In this document: one piece after another, positions 9,183 through 19,046 of the stretch
Layout: each line of letters opens with the position of its first letter
Numbering within the stretch: position 1 is the stretch's first letter
Source: Flavobacteriales bacterium
GTDB taxonomy: Bacteria; Bacteroidota; Bacteroidia; CAIKAF01
DNA: 64,000 bases
Assembly: GCA_026418175.1 (NCBI GenBank)
Contig: JAOABX010000008.1
Span: 40,111 to 104,110, forward strand
Reading direction: 5' to 3'
Program-made: the position numbers and the translations under genes
The notes under the pieces: model-generated
Told to the model about the DNA's origin: nothing
The model's database searches: none
What the model saw: the letters and a program-made list of their open reading frames with translations, nothing else

Positions 9183-10562
9183 TTAACACAATTGGTATTC
9201 GGGTTGCCTGAGTAATTGCAACACAAAATGGAAAATAAGTTCTTCCCTGTATTCTGTTGTTTTTATTTCTAAAGCTTCAGCCAAATTATTACGAGGTTGA
9301 ATGAAGTAGTTAGTTAGCATTTTCTTGATTTGATCTTCGGGAACTGAGGCCATCATGGCAAAAAGATATTTCATATCAGTTTTTGCTTCAAACTGACGAA
9401 AGCGGTTTCCCAGACGCTGGGTTTCTGCCTGGTCTTTGTCTTGTATTTCTATATTTGAATTTAGCAGAATAGCATCTCCTAGTTTAAGTCGAAAGAGTAG
9501 GGTGGAGGTGTCAATCCAGGGCTTACCATCTTTCCATCCTGCTACGTTGGGTGGGTGCCCCAAAACCTGCCCCAAAATTCGTTGCGCAAACAACATGGCC
9601 TTATCATCTTTGAATTCGATTCCGAAAGCTCTTCGAATTCCGCAAATCAATTCCAACGGAGATTTAATTTTGGTCCCTATATTTTCTTCCTCATAAAACC
9701 ATTCAGATTCTATTACTTCGCGTATCAAACGACTGATATCATAACCGCTGTTATAAAATACTTCAGCTAGTGTTTCGATTTTTTTCTCATCCGGATGCTC
9801 ATTTATAAAATATAAGTAAAATTTTCGGGTGATGAATGTGGCGGTACGTCGGTCATTGAGAAGTATATTGATAATATCTTCTCCGGTAAAATTTCCTGTT
9901 TTCCCAAGAAATTGCTTTTCTCCGAAGTCGTGATCCTTTTCATCTACATAAAAATTTCCTTCTTCATCATACCTCCAACCGGTAAACGCCCGTGCTGCTT
10001 CTTTAATATCTTGTTCAGTATAATTTCCTCTTCCCAGGGTATATAATTCCAATAATTCCCGGGCAAAATTTTCATTGGGATGATCCTTCTTGTTATTTAC
10101 ATTGCTTAAAAATTCAAGCATGGCCGGGTCTTTTGCGATGGCATGCAAAAGTTCTTTATAATTACCCAATGCCATTTTTCTGAGTTTGTTAATATGTAAT
10201 TGCATGGCATACGCATAAGGCACAAAACATGCAAAATGATCGTGCCAGAAAAGTGCCATTTTTTCTCGCAATTGCTCTTTGCTGAATGTAAGTATATTTA
10301 CCCAGGCAATATTCAAATCCATCAGCTCTTCCAGATTGATTTTTCTGAATGCTATTCGCTGAGCTTTGCTGAGCCGGCCTTTTTTCCTCCATAATGAAGC
10401 CTTTGGTTTACTCGCAATATCCAGAGGTTCAAAGGAGTAAGAACGATGAAATATTTCTGTTATTAGTTCCTTTTTATTTAGTTTTTCAAGCCTTGGAAAC
10501 TCACTAATATCGGGGCCGAACCCAAAGCGCCAGCTAACATGTGCGATATGCCGAATATCCAT
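9183..10562 (-). CDS. DUF1800 family protein
   Basis: RFGFG, QLREKMALFWHDHF, PNENFARELLELYTLG, AARAFTGW, PPNVAGW, PEYQLC. Confidence 0.9.
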   Translation of the reverse strand: MDIRHIAHVSWRFGFGPDISEFPRLEKLNKKELITEIFHRSYSFEPLDIASKPKASLWRKKGRLSKAQRIAFRKINLEELMDLNIAWVNILTFSKEQLREKMALFWHDHFACFVPYAYAMQLHINKLRKMALGNYKELLHAIAKDPAMLEFLSNVNNKKDHPNENFARELLELYTLGRGNYTEQDIKEAARAFTGWRYDEEGNFYVDEKDHDFGEKQFLGKTGNFTGEDIINILLNDRRTATFITRKFYLYFINEHPDEKKIETLAEVFYNSGYDISRLIREVIESEWFYEEENIGTKIKSPLELICGIRRAFGIEFKDDKAMLFAQRILGQVLGHPPNVAGWKDGKPWIDTSTLLFRLKLGDAILLNSNIEIQDKDQAETQRLGNRFRQFEAKTDMKYLFAMMASVPEDQIKKMLTNYFIQPRNNLAEALEIKTTEYREELIFHFVLQLLRQPEYQLC

Positions 10563-11008
10563 ATTGGAGCAGTATTTGATTTTATTTCAATAAAGAAGTG
10601 AATAAAGCTTTATATTTTACCGGAAAAGATTGTGCCAAAGAAGAAAATTTGTAATACTTAGAATAAATCCAATGTTAATTTAGTCTCAAAACATGCTTTC
10701 CTATAGGATATTTGCATTTTTTTGGATTATATCATATTATGTAAGTCTTCGAGAAATCAAAAGTTTATACCGGCACTTCTTTATGATATCTATTTTTTTA
10801 ATCATAATCAGGAATCATGTTGCTTCTTTTGAAATATAGAATTGTTTTTTACGAAATGTTAATATAACGTTTTTACGATTACGTTCATTGTTCTTGGGCT
10901 GACAACAAGATAGGAGCTAAGGGGATGAAGTTTCTACCAATACATAAATAAGATATTGTTGATTGAGGCTTTTAATAAGGATAAGATATAAAAACCTAAT
11001 AGCATAGG

Positions 11009-12544
11009 TTAATTATTAAATTTTGGATTTTTGAAAATGGTCATAATTTCTAATCCATCCACCGTTAAAGAATAAATTTTTTCTGTATAATCATATACCG
11101 GATGAAACCGATAATTGGTTACAAAGTATTTGCACGATAAATAATCTGTTAGTTTTAACTTTTGTAGTTCTTCGTTAGTAAACCAAGCCAAATTGTATAA
11201 ACCGGGAGGTGTTTCATACTGTACTACAATTGGTTTTTCTTTTAATTCATAAATTAGGAATTCCCAAGCATACCTATAGCTTAATCCCCAATAATCCATC
11301 TCATAACGAAGGTGGATGTTTTTACCGGCCAATGCATTAAAATATACATATTGATGAGGGTTGTTTTTAATCATAAAATAACCGGTTACAAGTATTTGCC
11401 AAGTGAAAGCCCCATAAAAAAAAGTTTTAGTTAAAAATTCTATTTTTCCTGTTGGTGTTCTTTTAATAACCTTTTTTATTAACATCAGCATTATAAGTAT
11501 CATGGCCGGATAAATGAAAAATAAATGTCGCCATTCATCATAAATATGTGAACCTAAAACAATCACCATAAGCCAGGGTATAAAAATCCAAACAATCAAC
11601 AAAGCTTCTTTCCATTGTGATTTTAAGAATATTCCTGGTTTTTTTATAAAATCAATAATTGATATGAAAGTGCCGGAAAGAAAAAGGATAGTCCATAATA
11701 TTGGAACCGAAATACCTATCCAAACGGGTACATAATACCAAGGCAAATCAGCCGGTTTGATGTATTTTCCCATAAACAGTACCGGGTCATCAAATGGAAA
11801 ATGGCTCATCATTTTAAACGCTTCTTGCACATGAAATATGGGGTTAGGCCATAGCACAGGAACACACAGATACACACAAAGCGGATAAAGGATAATATAT
11901 AATCCCAGCCATTTAAGTTGAAGCAACCGCAAATTTCCGTTTAATATATTCAACAGAAAAAAACTTCCTATTATAAAAGGAACCATTATTCCCAATATAC
12001 GCATACCGAATAATGCTCCTGAAAACAAAGAAAGCAACAATAAGTTACGGGCTCTAGGTTTTTGAATAAATCCAATTCCATAATACATGCTGATAATAAA
12101 AAATGAAAGGAAGGGAATGTCTTTAGAATTGTAGAACCCATGGGCATAAATTCGGGGTGTCAAAATTAAAATTAATATGCCTAGTAAGGCTAGTCGCCAG
12201 TTACCAACAATGCGTAGAGCCAGCAAATACAAATAAACAGCCCCAATCCAAAAAATTAAGAAATTGAGCAAATGACGGGAATAATAAATGGTACGGCCGG
12301 ATGTTAAATGCAACCATTTTTCAGGTAAAACATTTAATAATTCACAAGTGGAATTGTGATATTTGTTTTGAATGTTAAATAACTCGGCACTTTTTCCGGT
12401 TACATAATCATAACATAACAAGCCCATTTCACGTTGCATAGGCTCGTCCCAAGAAATACCATATTTTTTAAAATTCAATATTCCAATTAATAAAAATATT
12501 CCAAAAAAAACTGCAGGAAATAACTTGTATGTTTTTACTTTCAT
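11009..12544 (-). CDS. GT-C fold membrane glycosyltransferase (ArnT/PMT-like)
   Basis: Polytopic protein with an N-terminal loop WDE motif, YNSKDIP, PWYYVP, YDEWRH, DYWG. Confidence 0.75.
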   Translation of the reverse strand: MKVKTYKLFPAVFFGIFLLIGILNFKKYGISWDEPMQREMGLLCYDYVTGKSAELFNIQNKYHNSTCELLNVLPEKWLHLTSGRTIYYSRHLLNFLIFWIGAVYLYLLALRIVGNWRLALLGILILILTPRIYAHGFYNSKDIPFLSFFIISMYYGIGFIQKPRARNLLLLSLFSGALFGMRILGIMVPFIIGSFFLLNILNGNLRLLQLKWLGLYIILYPLCVYLCVPVLWPNPIFHVQEAFKMMSHFPFDDPVLFMGKYIKPADLPWYYVPVWIGISVPILWTILFLSGTFISIIDFIKKPGIFLKSQWKEALLIVWIFIPWLMVIVLGSHIYDEWRHLFFIYPAMILIMLMLIKKVIKRTPTGKIEFLTKTFFYGAFTWQILVTGYFMIKNNPHQYVYFNALAGKNIHLRYEMDYWGLSYRYAWEFLIYELKEKPIVVQYETPPGLYNLAWFTNEELQKLKLTDYLSCKYFVTNYRFHPVYDYTEKIYSLTVDGLEIMTIFKNPKFNN

Positions 12545-12661
12545 ACCCAAGGTTCGTAGTTCGAAGGTACCTATTTGTAATTGAAATTAAAAGATTTGAG
12601 AAACGGATTAAACCATTTGTAAATTATAGAGTCATAAATAACGAAAATTACAATGTAGCAC

Positions 12662-13204
12662 ATGGGCGAACCTGAAGAACAAGAATTATTACATTTACTT
12701 AGGAATCCGCTTACAAAAGAAAAGGGGCTTCGTTTGCTCATTGAAACTTATCAGCAACGTTTGTATCAACTCATTCGACGCATGGTGATTTCTCATGACG
12801 ATACCGATGAAATTCTTCAATTAATTTTTATCAAAGTATGGAAAGGAATACCCGGGTTTAGAGGTGATTCTGGGCTTTATACATGGATTTATCGGATTGC
12901 TATTCACGAAGTACTCAATTTTTTAAACCAAAAAAAGAAAAGAGCTTGGATAAACGATAAGATTGTGATGCCTGGTAATAAAGATGATGTTTGGATTGGT
13001 TTTACCGGCGATGAATTACAGAAAAAATTGTTAGAGGCAATGCAATTGTTACCAGAAAAACAGCGGGCTGTTTTTAATCTTCGATATTTTGAAGAAATAC
13101 CATACGAACAGTTGGCTGTTATTACCGGCACGTCAGTAGGGGCATTAAAAGCGTCATACCATCTTGCAGTTAAAAAAATTCAAGAATATTTTTTAAATCA
13201 TTAA
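12662..13204 (+). CDS. ECF-type RNA polymerase sigma factor
   Basis: Region 2 (FRGDSGLYTWIYRIA) and region 4 (LPEKQRAVFNLRY...GALKASYH). Confidence 0.92.
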   Translation: MGEPEEQELLHLLRNPLTKEKGLRLLIETYQQRLYQLIRRMVISHDDTDEILQLIFIKVWKGIPGFRGDSGLYTWIYRIAIHEVLNFLNQKKKRAWINDKIVMPGNKDDVWIGFTGDELQKKLLEAMQLLPEKQRAVFNLRYFEEIPYEQLAVITGTSVGALKASYHLAVKKIQEYFLNH

Positions 13205-13232
13205 ACCTTTTATTATTAAATGAATCAAACAA

Positions 13233-13697
13233 ATGGTAATGGATAACAACGAATTAAATATTCCAGGGCTCAAACCAAAGCCCAACTTGTTTGAAATGCC
13301 GGAAGGGTATTCAAATGAGTTGGAAGAAAAGTTAATGGCACAGACCCTTAATCAACATCAACTAACCCTTAAAAAAGAGAGAAAAATCAAATTGTATGCT
13401 TGGGGTACGTCGTTAGCTGCTTCAGTATTCTTTGCTATTTGGATGATTTATTCTGTGTATTTTAAGAATAATATTTCAAATGTTTCTGATCATTTATGGA
13501 CTGAAGAAGATGAATGGGTAGATGCATTTTCAGCCGGAGGTGAATATGAACTAATAGATGAAGATTTTGTGCAATTAACTACACTGCTTTTAGAAGAAAA
13601 AGAAAAAGAATCTGCTGTTCAGGCCATTGAATCTTGGCTATTACAAGAAGAAGTAGAGGAAGAAGTGGTGGTAGAAGTTTTAATTACAGAGGTATAA
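13233..13697 (+). CDS. Putative anti-sigma factor
   Basis: Directly follows the ECF sigma; FEMPEGY motif, single TM helix, acidic C-terminus. Confidence 0.65.
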   Translation: MVMDNNELNIPGLKPKPNLFEMPEGYSNELEEKLMAQTLNQHQLTLKKERKIKLYAWGTSLAASVFFAIWMIYSVYFKNNISNVSDHLWTEEDEWVDAFSAGGEYELIDEDFVQLTTLLLEEKEKESAVQAIESWLLQEEVEEEVVVEVLITEV

Positions 13698-13714
13698 TTT
13701 TAAACTTCAGAAGT

Positions 13715-14191
13715 ATGAAAACAAAAATGAGTTTAGTAATTTTAATTTTCACAACAGCGTTTGCAGCATTAGCGCAATTACCTGGAAAGGGAAAAAAAGA
13801 AGAGATTAAGGCAGAACGCCGGGCTTTTATAGACCGATTTGTTGGTTTATCTGGTACAGAGGCTGAAAAGTTTTGGAAACTAGAAGAAGAATTACATGTA
13901 AAACTTCACGAAATTAGAAAAACCATGCGTCAGGAGTTCAAAGCTATAAAAGATAAAGGTATTGAAAATGCCACAGATACCGAATTAAAACGCGCCATGG
14001 ATAATCGCTTGAAATATGAACAAAAAATGCTTGACTTACGCCAAGAATACCATACACGTTTTATTGATTTGATTGGCGTAAAAAAAACTGCTAAGTTTTA
14101 TGAAGGTGAACGAGAATTTAAAAAACAACTTTTAAAGAAGCTTAAAGATAGTGGCCGAGAATTTGGCCCTCCGGATGAAGACGAAGATTAA
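13715..14191 (+). CDS. Periplasmic Spy/CpxP-like helical protein associated with the ECF sigma
   Basis: ATG at 13715 gives a signal peptide; 'IKAERRAFI...LSGTEAEKFW' pattern. Confidence 0.65.
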   Translation: MKTKMSLVILIFTTAFAALAQLPGKGKKEEIKAERRAFIDRFVGLSGTEAEKFWKLEEELHVKLHEIRKTMRQEFKAIKDKGIENATDTELKRAMDNRLKYEQKMLDLRQEYHTRFIDLIGVKKTAKFYEGEREFKKQLLKKLKDSGREFGPPDEDED

Positions 14192-14197
14192 TCAATG

Positions 14198-14221
14198 AAA
14201 GCCCCTTATGGGGCTTTTTTT
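14198..14221 (+). terminator. Rho-independent terminator
   Basis: AAAGCCCC-TTAT-GGGGCTTTTTTT. Confidence 0.8.
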
Positions 14222-14917
14222 ATTCTTTTTGATTAAATAAAAATTGACGCCATTCAAAATTCTAGAATTTATAGGGTAAAGGATGGACAACATTTTATCG
14301 CAAATTTATTCGGGTTGATTCCAGGCAATTTCAACGGATGACTCTAAAATACTGTATGCGTTGCTAAAAAGGCTTATACTATCGTTGCAAGCTTTTAAAA
14401 ACCGATGTACAATTCGCACATTGTTCAATTCTTTTTTTGACAAAGCTTCAGGAGCCATACATGACGTAACAATTTCAAACAAATGATTGTAGGCATCATT
14501 ACCACTGACTAACTGGATTTTATATATAATGGACCACAGAAGGTAATTTATTTTCGGACGAAGTGTCAGTAATTGCTTGTTGCTGGTAACGCTATCCGGA
14601 TTCAAATATTACGGGTGAAAACAGATTCAACTTCAAATGTTCGAATTCTTGAATTTTTTCAATGGCAAGCAATGAAAATGGAAGCTTGATTAAACTGGTC
14701 GAATAGAAATAATTTTTTGGAATTGTTCCAAATGTGTACGTGTTGAGTTATGGATGTGTTTGTGAATGATTGTGTTGTCTATTGGTAAGTAACTTGAATC
14801 CAGTATTTCGTGTAATCTGGAATTAGATGTTTTAGTTCAGTTTTTTTTTATTCAATTATGAATCTATTAGATTTTGAGCCATTGATTGAAGCATCAAAAT
14901 AAACATGAAGACTATGT

Positions 14918-16117
14918 TCAGTCAATTAATTTTTCATCTTCTTGAAGGAGGTGTTGACGAATAAAAATGGAATAAAACAAGCAAAAGAAAACCACACCAC
15001 TTTGCCGGTTCAGGATGTTTTCGCCCAGCATAATAATAGAAGAAAGTACTAAGAATGAGAGAAAAAGTAAATTGTGGTATTTCCAAGCAACAATCAATCC
15101 GGCTATGAGGATGAGAATCAAAAAAAGAAAGCCCGGTAAGCCAAGCGATAAAAGATAGTCAAGGTATTGGTTATGGGTGTTATAAGCATGGTTTTTAAAA
15201 ACTAAATCATTGCCATAGCATTCATTTAATTTTTTTTGCGTTTCAGTAGGCCCAAAGCCCAAAGGCAGAGCTATCGGAATCAGTGAAATAGCACATTTAC
15301 TAATTACCGTACGAACTTTGAGGGAATTACTGGCTGTTTGATCTTTTTTGAATGAAACAAATTCAGCTGTGCGTGGATTAACAGAAAACATACCCCCCAG
15401 TAATGCAAGTAAGGTTATCATTGTTACAACCTTCCAAACAATAGATAGTTGTTTATTTAGAAAAATCATCATTACCCATGAAGCAGCACCAGCAATCCAT
15501 ACCAACCGGGCTGCCAGAAAATATGTAAAAAAGAATAAAATGATAGCAATGACAATGTGCAGATGATTGATTGATTTACTGAAATTAGGATATGCATAAA
15601 AAAGAAATAATATAGAATAAACAGCCATAAGGGAAAGATAAGTAGGATGAATGTGAATCAGCTGATTGATTTCGTTTCGATATCTGAATATAAAATCATG
15701 CTGTTCGATTGCTGTTATTTTAAATCCGAACAATAAAAAATAAATACTGGTAGCAACAGCTAATGCTGCCATACTATATGCCAATATTCGATGAAACAAA
15801 AGAAGATGAATAGATGGTACAATTTTTTTTAAAAACAAAATGCATAGTGGAAATACCCAAAAACTATGTGCTTTTTCTACCGCGAACCAATCTGTTTTAT
15901 TTTGACTTACCCATGCTTGTATGAGTAATAAAAAAAAAGGAGAAGCGAGCAACATTCCCCAGAAATATTTTTTATCATCGGTTTTTTTAAAATCTAAGAG
16001 AAACAAGGAGAGTACCCCCCAAATTGCAATTAAATACGTTACCCATTGCTGTGGGATAATGGGTATAGCAGCTAATAAATAAGTAAATATTCGATGGATG
16101 TTAACTATAAACTGCAT
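14918..16117 (-). CDS. O-antigen ligase / Wzy_C family membrane protein
   Basis: About 12 TM helices; HPTYLSL, R..I in the periplasmic loop, GFG, YNTHNQYL. Confidence 0.8.
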   Translation of the reverse strand: MQFIVNIHRIFTYLLAAIPIIPQQWVTYLIAIWGVLSLFLLDFKKTDDKKYFWGMLLASPFFLLLIQAWVSQNKTDWFAVEKAHSFWVFPLCILFLKKIVPSIHLLLFHRILAYSMAALAVATSIYFLLFGFKITAIEQHDFIFRYRNEINQLIHIHPTYLSLMAVYSILFLFYAYPNFSKSINHLHIVIAIILFFFTYFLAARLVWIAGAASWVMMIFLNKQLSIVWKVVTMITLLALLGGMFSVNPRTAEFVSFKKDQTASNSLKVRTVISKCAISLIPIALPLGFGPTETQKKLNECYGNDLVFKNHAYNTHNQYLDYLLSLGLPGFLFLILILIAGLIVAWKYHNLLFLSFLVLSSIIMLGENILNRQSGVVFFCLFYSIFIRQHLLQEDEKLID

Positions 16118-17229
16118 ATTATGCCGGCATGTTTTTCTAAAAAAGCAGCCATTTCCTGATGAAAACGCTGGCGATTAAACTTTAATGCCTGTTGTCTGAT
16201 TTTATTAGGATCAAATTGGCTTTGTTGATTTTCAAATCTGTATATAGCATCAACGATGCTTTTTACGGTTTGGTGATGAAAGAAAATGCCGTTCTTTTCA
16301 TTGTGTACGGTTTCCAATACGCCGCCTTTTCCAAATGCAATTACCGGAGTGCCGCAGGCCATGGCTTCTACAGGGGTAATACCAAAATCTTCTTCGGCGG
16401 CAAAAACAAAAGCCTTGGCACGTTGTAAATAATATCGAAGTACTTCGTAGGTGTCGTACTTTATCATTTCAATGTTGGAAGTTGAAATGCTTTTTATTTT
16501 TTTCCAATCAGGCCCATTGCCAATGATGATGAGTTTTTTATCCGGCATTTCAGAAAATGCTTTAGCAATAAGGTCAATTCGTTTGTAGGGCACTAACCTA
16601 GATGCTGTAACGTAATACGATTCTTTTTGTCCAGAAGGAACAAAAAAGTCGGTATTTACCGGTGGATAAATAACAGTTGATTCTTTATGATAATTTTTTT
16701 TAATCCGATTTTGAATATACTTTGAATTAGCGATAAAGAAATCCACATCTGTTGAAGTTGCAAAGTCCCAGTTGCGAATATTTCGCATCAGGGGTTTGGC
16801 AGCCAGACGCTTCCAGCCTTTGTTTAGCCCATGATCGCTAATATATTGCTGACGCATGTCCCAAATATATCGCATGGGCGTATGGCAATATGAAATATGG
16901 ATTTGCCCAGGGTGTTTATGTACACTTTTTGCTACTGAATGTGAAGATGAAATAATTACATCAAACCCCTGGGTGCGAAAAGCACGAATGGCTCGGGGAA
17001 ACAATGGAAAAAAATATTTGTAATTTTCTTTAATGCCTGGAATCAATTGTAAAAATGAGGTATGCGGTTTTTTCCCAAAAATAAATTCTTCCCGGTCTTC
17101 GTCAGACAGAAAGTCCATCAAAGTAAATAGGGTTATATTCTGGTTGCGAAGTAGATACAAGATTTCCCGGAGCACTTTTTCTGAACCTCCGGGGGTAATT
17201 AGCCAATCGTGTATAACTGCAATTCGCAT
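16105..17229 (-). CDS. GT4 glycosyltransferase (WbaZ-like)
   Basis: HDWL..GGSEKV, YCHTPMRYIW, EEDFGITPVEAMACGTPVIA. Confidence 0.9.
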   Translation of the reverse strand: MRIAVIHDWLITPGGSEKVLREILYLLRNQNITLFTLMDFLSDEDREEFIFGKKPHTSFLQLIPGIKENYKYFFPLFPRAIRAFRTQGFDVIISSSHSVAKSVHKHPGQIHISYCHTPMRYIWDMRQQYISDHGLNKGWKRLAAKPLMRNIRNWDFATSTDVDFFIANSKYIQNRIKKNYHKESTVIYPPVNTDFFVPSGQKESYYVTASRLVPYKRIDLIAKAFSEMPDKKLIIIGNGPDWKKIKSISTSNIEMIKYDTYEVLRYYLQRAKAFVFAAEEDFGITPVEAMACGTPVIAFGKGGVLETVHNEKNGIFFHHQTVKSIVDAIYRFENQQSQFDPNKIRQQALKFNRQRFHQEMAAFLEKHAGIICSL

Positions 17230-17265
17230 GGTATGTTATTCGCGTGCTAAAAGTACAAGTAAAAA

Positions 17266-18282
17266 TCACAATTTCTGCAAAGCGCGCCATAATTGAAGCC
17301 CTTGAACTGCCATGGTGAATTTTTGATGAGGAGCCGGCGATTTGATATATGATAAATTATATGTATTGATACGTTCTGCCAGGGTAGCTGCAGCATTTGA
17401 TTGATGTATTTCAAAAAATTCTGCCCGACCGGAATACAATTCCCGATGAACAGGAATGTTTGAAATGAGTACTGGGCATCCATGCTGTATAGCTTCAAGC
17501 ACAGGCAGGTTGTACCCTTCATAAAATGATGCGCTTATTAATACCGATGCTTTGCTGTAAAGTAGGCTTAGTTCTTCTTCTTGAATATTATTTAAAAGCT
17601 GAATACGTGGATGCGTTTTTAATTTATAAATCAGGGCTTTGTCTGTATGAAAGTTAGAAGAAAATCCACCTACAATGACCCATTGCCAATCATTAGAACA
17701 CTTTAGAAATGCATCCAACATCAACCGATAGTTTTTTCGCGGTTGAATGGTTCCCACAGAAAGTATAAATTTTTCTCTGGTGTGTGTGTTTGAAACAATT
17801 TCAGCAGTATTATATATTACCTGGATGTTAGAAGAAGGTATTTTAAAACTACAACAAATTTCATCTGCCATAGTTTCGCTTACTGTAAAGATTCGAATTG
17901 CTTTGTTAGCAATTTTCGGAATAAGCCAATTATAATATGCTGAAAACAGAGGATGAAATGTATTTGGATAATGCCGAAATGCTAAATCGTGAATAGTAAT
18001 AACCTGTGGTTGATAATTTAATGGAGCTGTATTGCAAAAATTTATCAGCAACGGATGATTTTGTTTTTTCAAGTATGCGGGAAGTGACCATTGTTCCCAA
18101 GCGTGTCCAAAAAATTTTCCGGTTTGTATAGTCTTCCAGTCGGTTGATATAATTGATTTTGATGGAGTAACAATTTTAATATCATCATCCTGTTGCATCA
18201 AGTATTTACTGAACCTCCGGGCAAATTGTTGAACACCGGTAATAGGTTGCGTAAGGAAACGACCATTAATACGTATCACCAT
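17266..18282 (-). CDS. GT4 glycosyltransferase
   Basis: INGRFLTQPITGVQ, TIHDLAF, VGTIQPRKN, EGYNLPVLEA. Confidence 0.88.
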   Translation of the reverse strand: MVIRINGRFLTQPITGVQQFARRFSKYLMQQDDDIKIVTPSKSIISTDWKTIQTGKFFGHAWEQWSLPAYLKKQNHPLLINFCNTAPLNYQPQVITIHDLAFRHYPNTFHPLFSAYYNWLIPKIANKAIRIFTVSETMADEICCSFKIPSSNIQVIYNTAEIVSNTHTREKFILSVGTIQPRKNYRLMLDAFLKCSNDWQWVIVGGFSSNFHTDKALIYKLKTHPRIQLLNNIQEEELSLLYSKASVLISASFYEGYNLPVLEAIQHGCPVLISNIPVHRELYSGRAEFFEIHQSNAAATLAERINTYNLSYIKSPAPHQKFTMAVQGLQLWRALQKL

Positions 18283-19043
18283 AGAAACGGAAATACGGCT
18301 TTACGTTGTTGGGGATAATCGGCAAATTTTTCTTTGTACCACTTGTGGTGAGCAATAGCCCTAGGTACCAGATTTGCAAATGTCCATACAAAAAATACCA
18401 ACCCCGGAATACTCCAAGTTAGAATAGCAAAGCCCAGCCACTCAATAATTTCACCCAACAGATTCGGGCAACTAATATATTCAAATAGCCATCCATGTGG
18501 AATCTTATAATCGGTTTCACCGGGCTTTCTTAAATTAATCAACCGTGTATCTGCTATCCAATTTATAGCCATACCAGTAAAAAAAATAATGAATCCTAGA
18601 ATAAATCTTGGATCATACAACCATGCTATGGTGTAGGAAGAAAACCAGGTAAAATGCATACCTAGCAGTGAACCGTTCATTATGTTGAATCCAATAGCCA
18701 TTAATGCAATTACAAGCGGCATTTTTTTTCCTTGAGTACGAATACGCAACGGAAAAATAAAACTCCGATTGAGGTAATGTAATGTAAACAATGCAACCAT
18801 AATCCACGAGGGCCATGAAAGCTGAAATCCAATTTGTGTAAAGTAGCTATATAAGACCAACAAAACAGTGAATTCCATAATAAACCATCCCAATTTATTA
18901 TCAATCATTGGTCCCCATCCTTCACGAGTATGCCTACCGTAAGGTGCAGTTTTAATAAACAGGTAAAAAAAAGTAATAATTCCAATACCCATCCAAATTA
19001 GGGAAATCCAAAGGTAGTTTTCGTAACTTATTAATGCTTTCAT
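18276..19043 (-). CDS. 3-oxo-5-alpha-steroid 4-dehydrogenase (steroid 5-alpha-reductase) family protein
   Basis: APYGR, WFIME, HYLNRS, LRKPGETDYKIPHGWLFEYISCPN.LGEIIEW, NLVPRAIAHHKWY (SRD5A1/2-DET2-type motifs). Confidence 0.9.
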   Translation of the reverse strand: MKALISYENYLWISLIWMGIGIITFFYLFIKTAPYGRHTREGWGPMIDNKLGWFIMEFTVLLVLYSYFTQIGFQLSWPSWIMVALFTLHYLNRSFIFPLRIRTQGKKMPLVIALMAIGFNIMNGSLLGMHFTWFSSYTIAWLYDPRFILGFIIFFTGMAINWIADTRLINLRKPGETDYKIPHGWLFEYISCPNLLGEIIEWLGFAILTWSIPGLVFFVWTFANLVPRAIAHHKWYKEKFADYPQQRKAVFPFLW

Positions 19044-19046
19044 GGC

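Noticed and set aside
10563-11008. Long intergenic region as a possible ncRNA
   Set aside because: AT-rich, with no convincing stems or recognisable motif.
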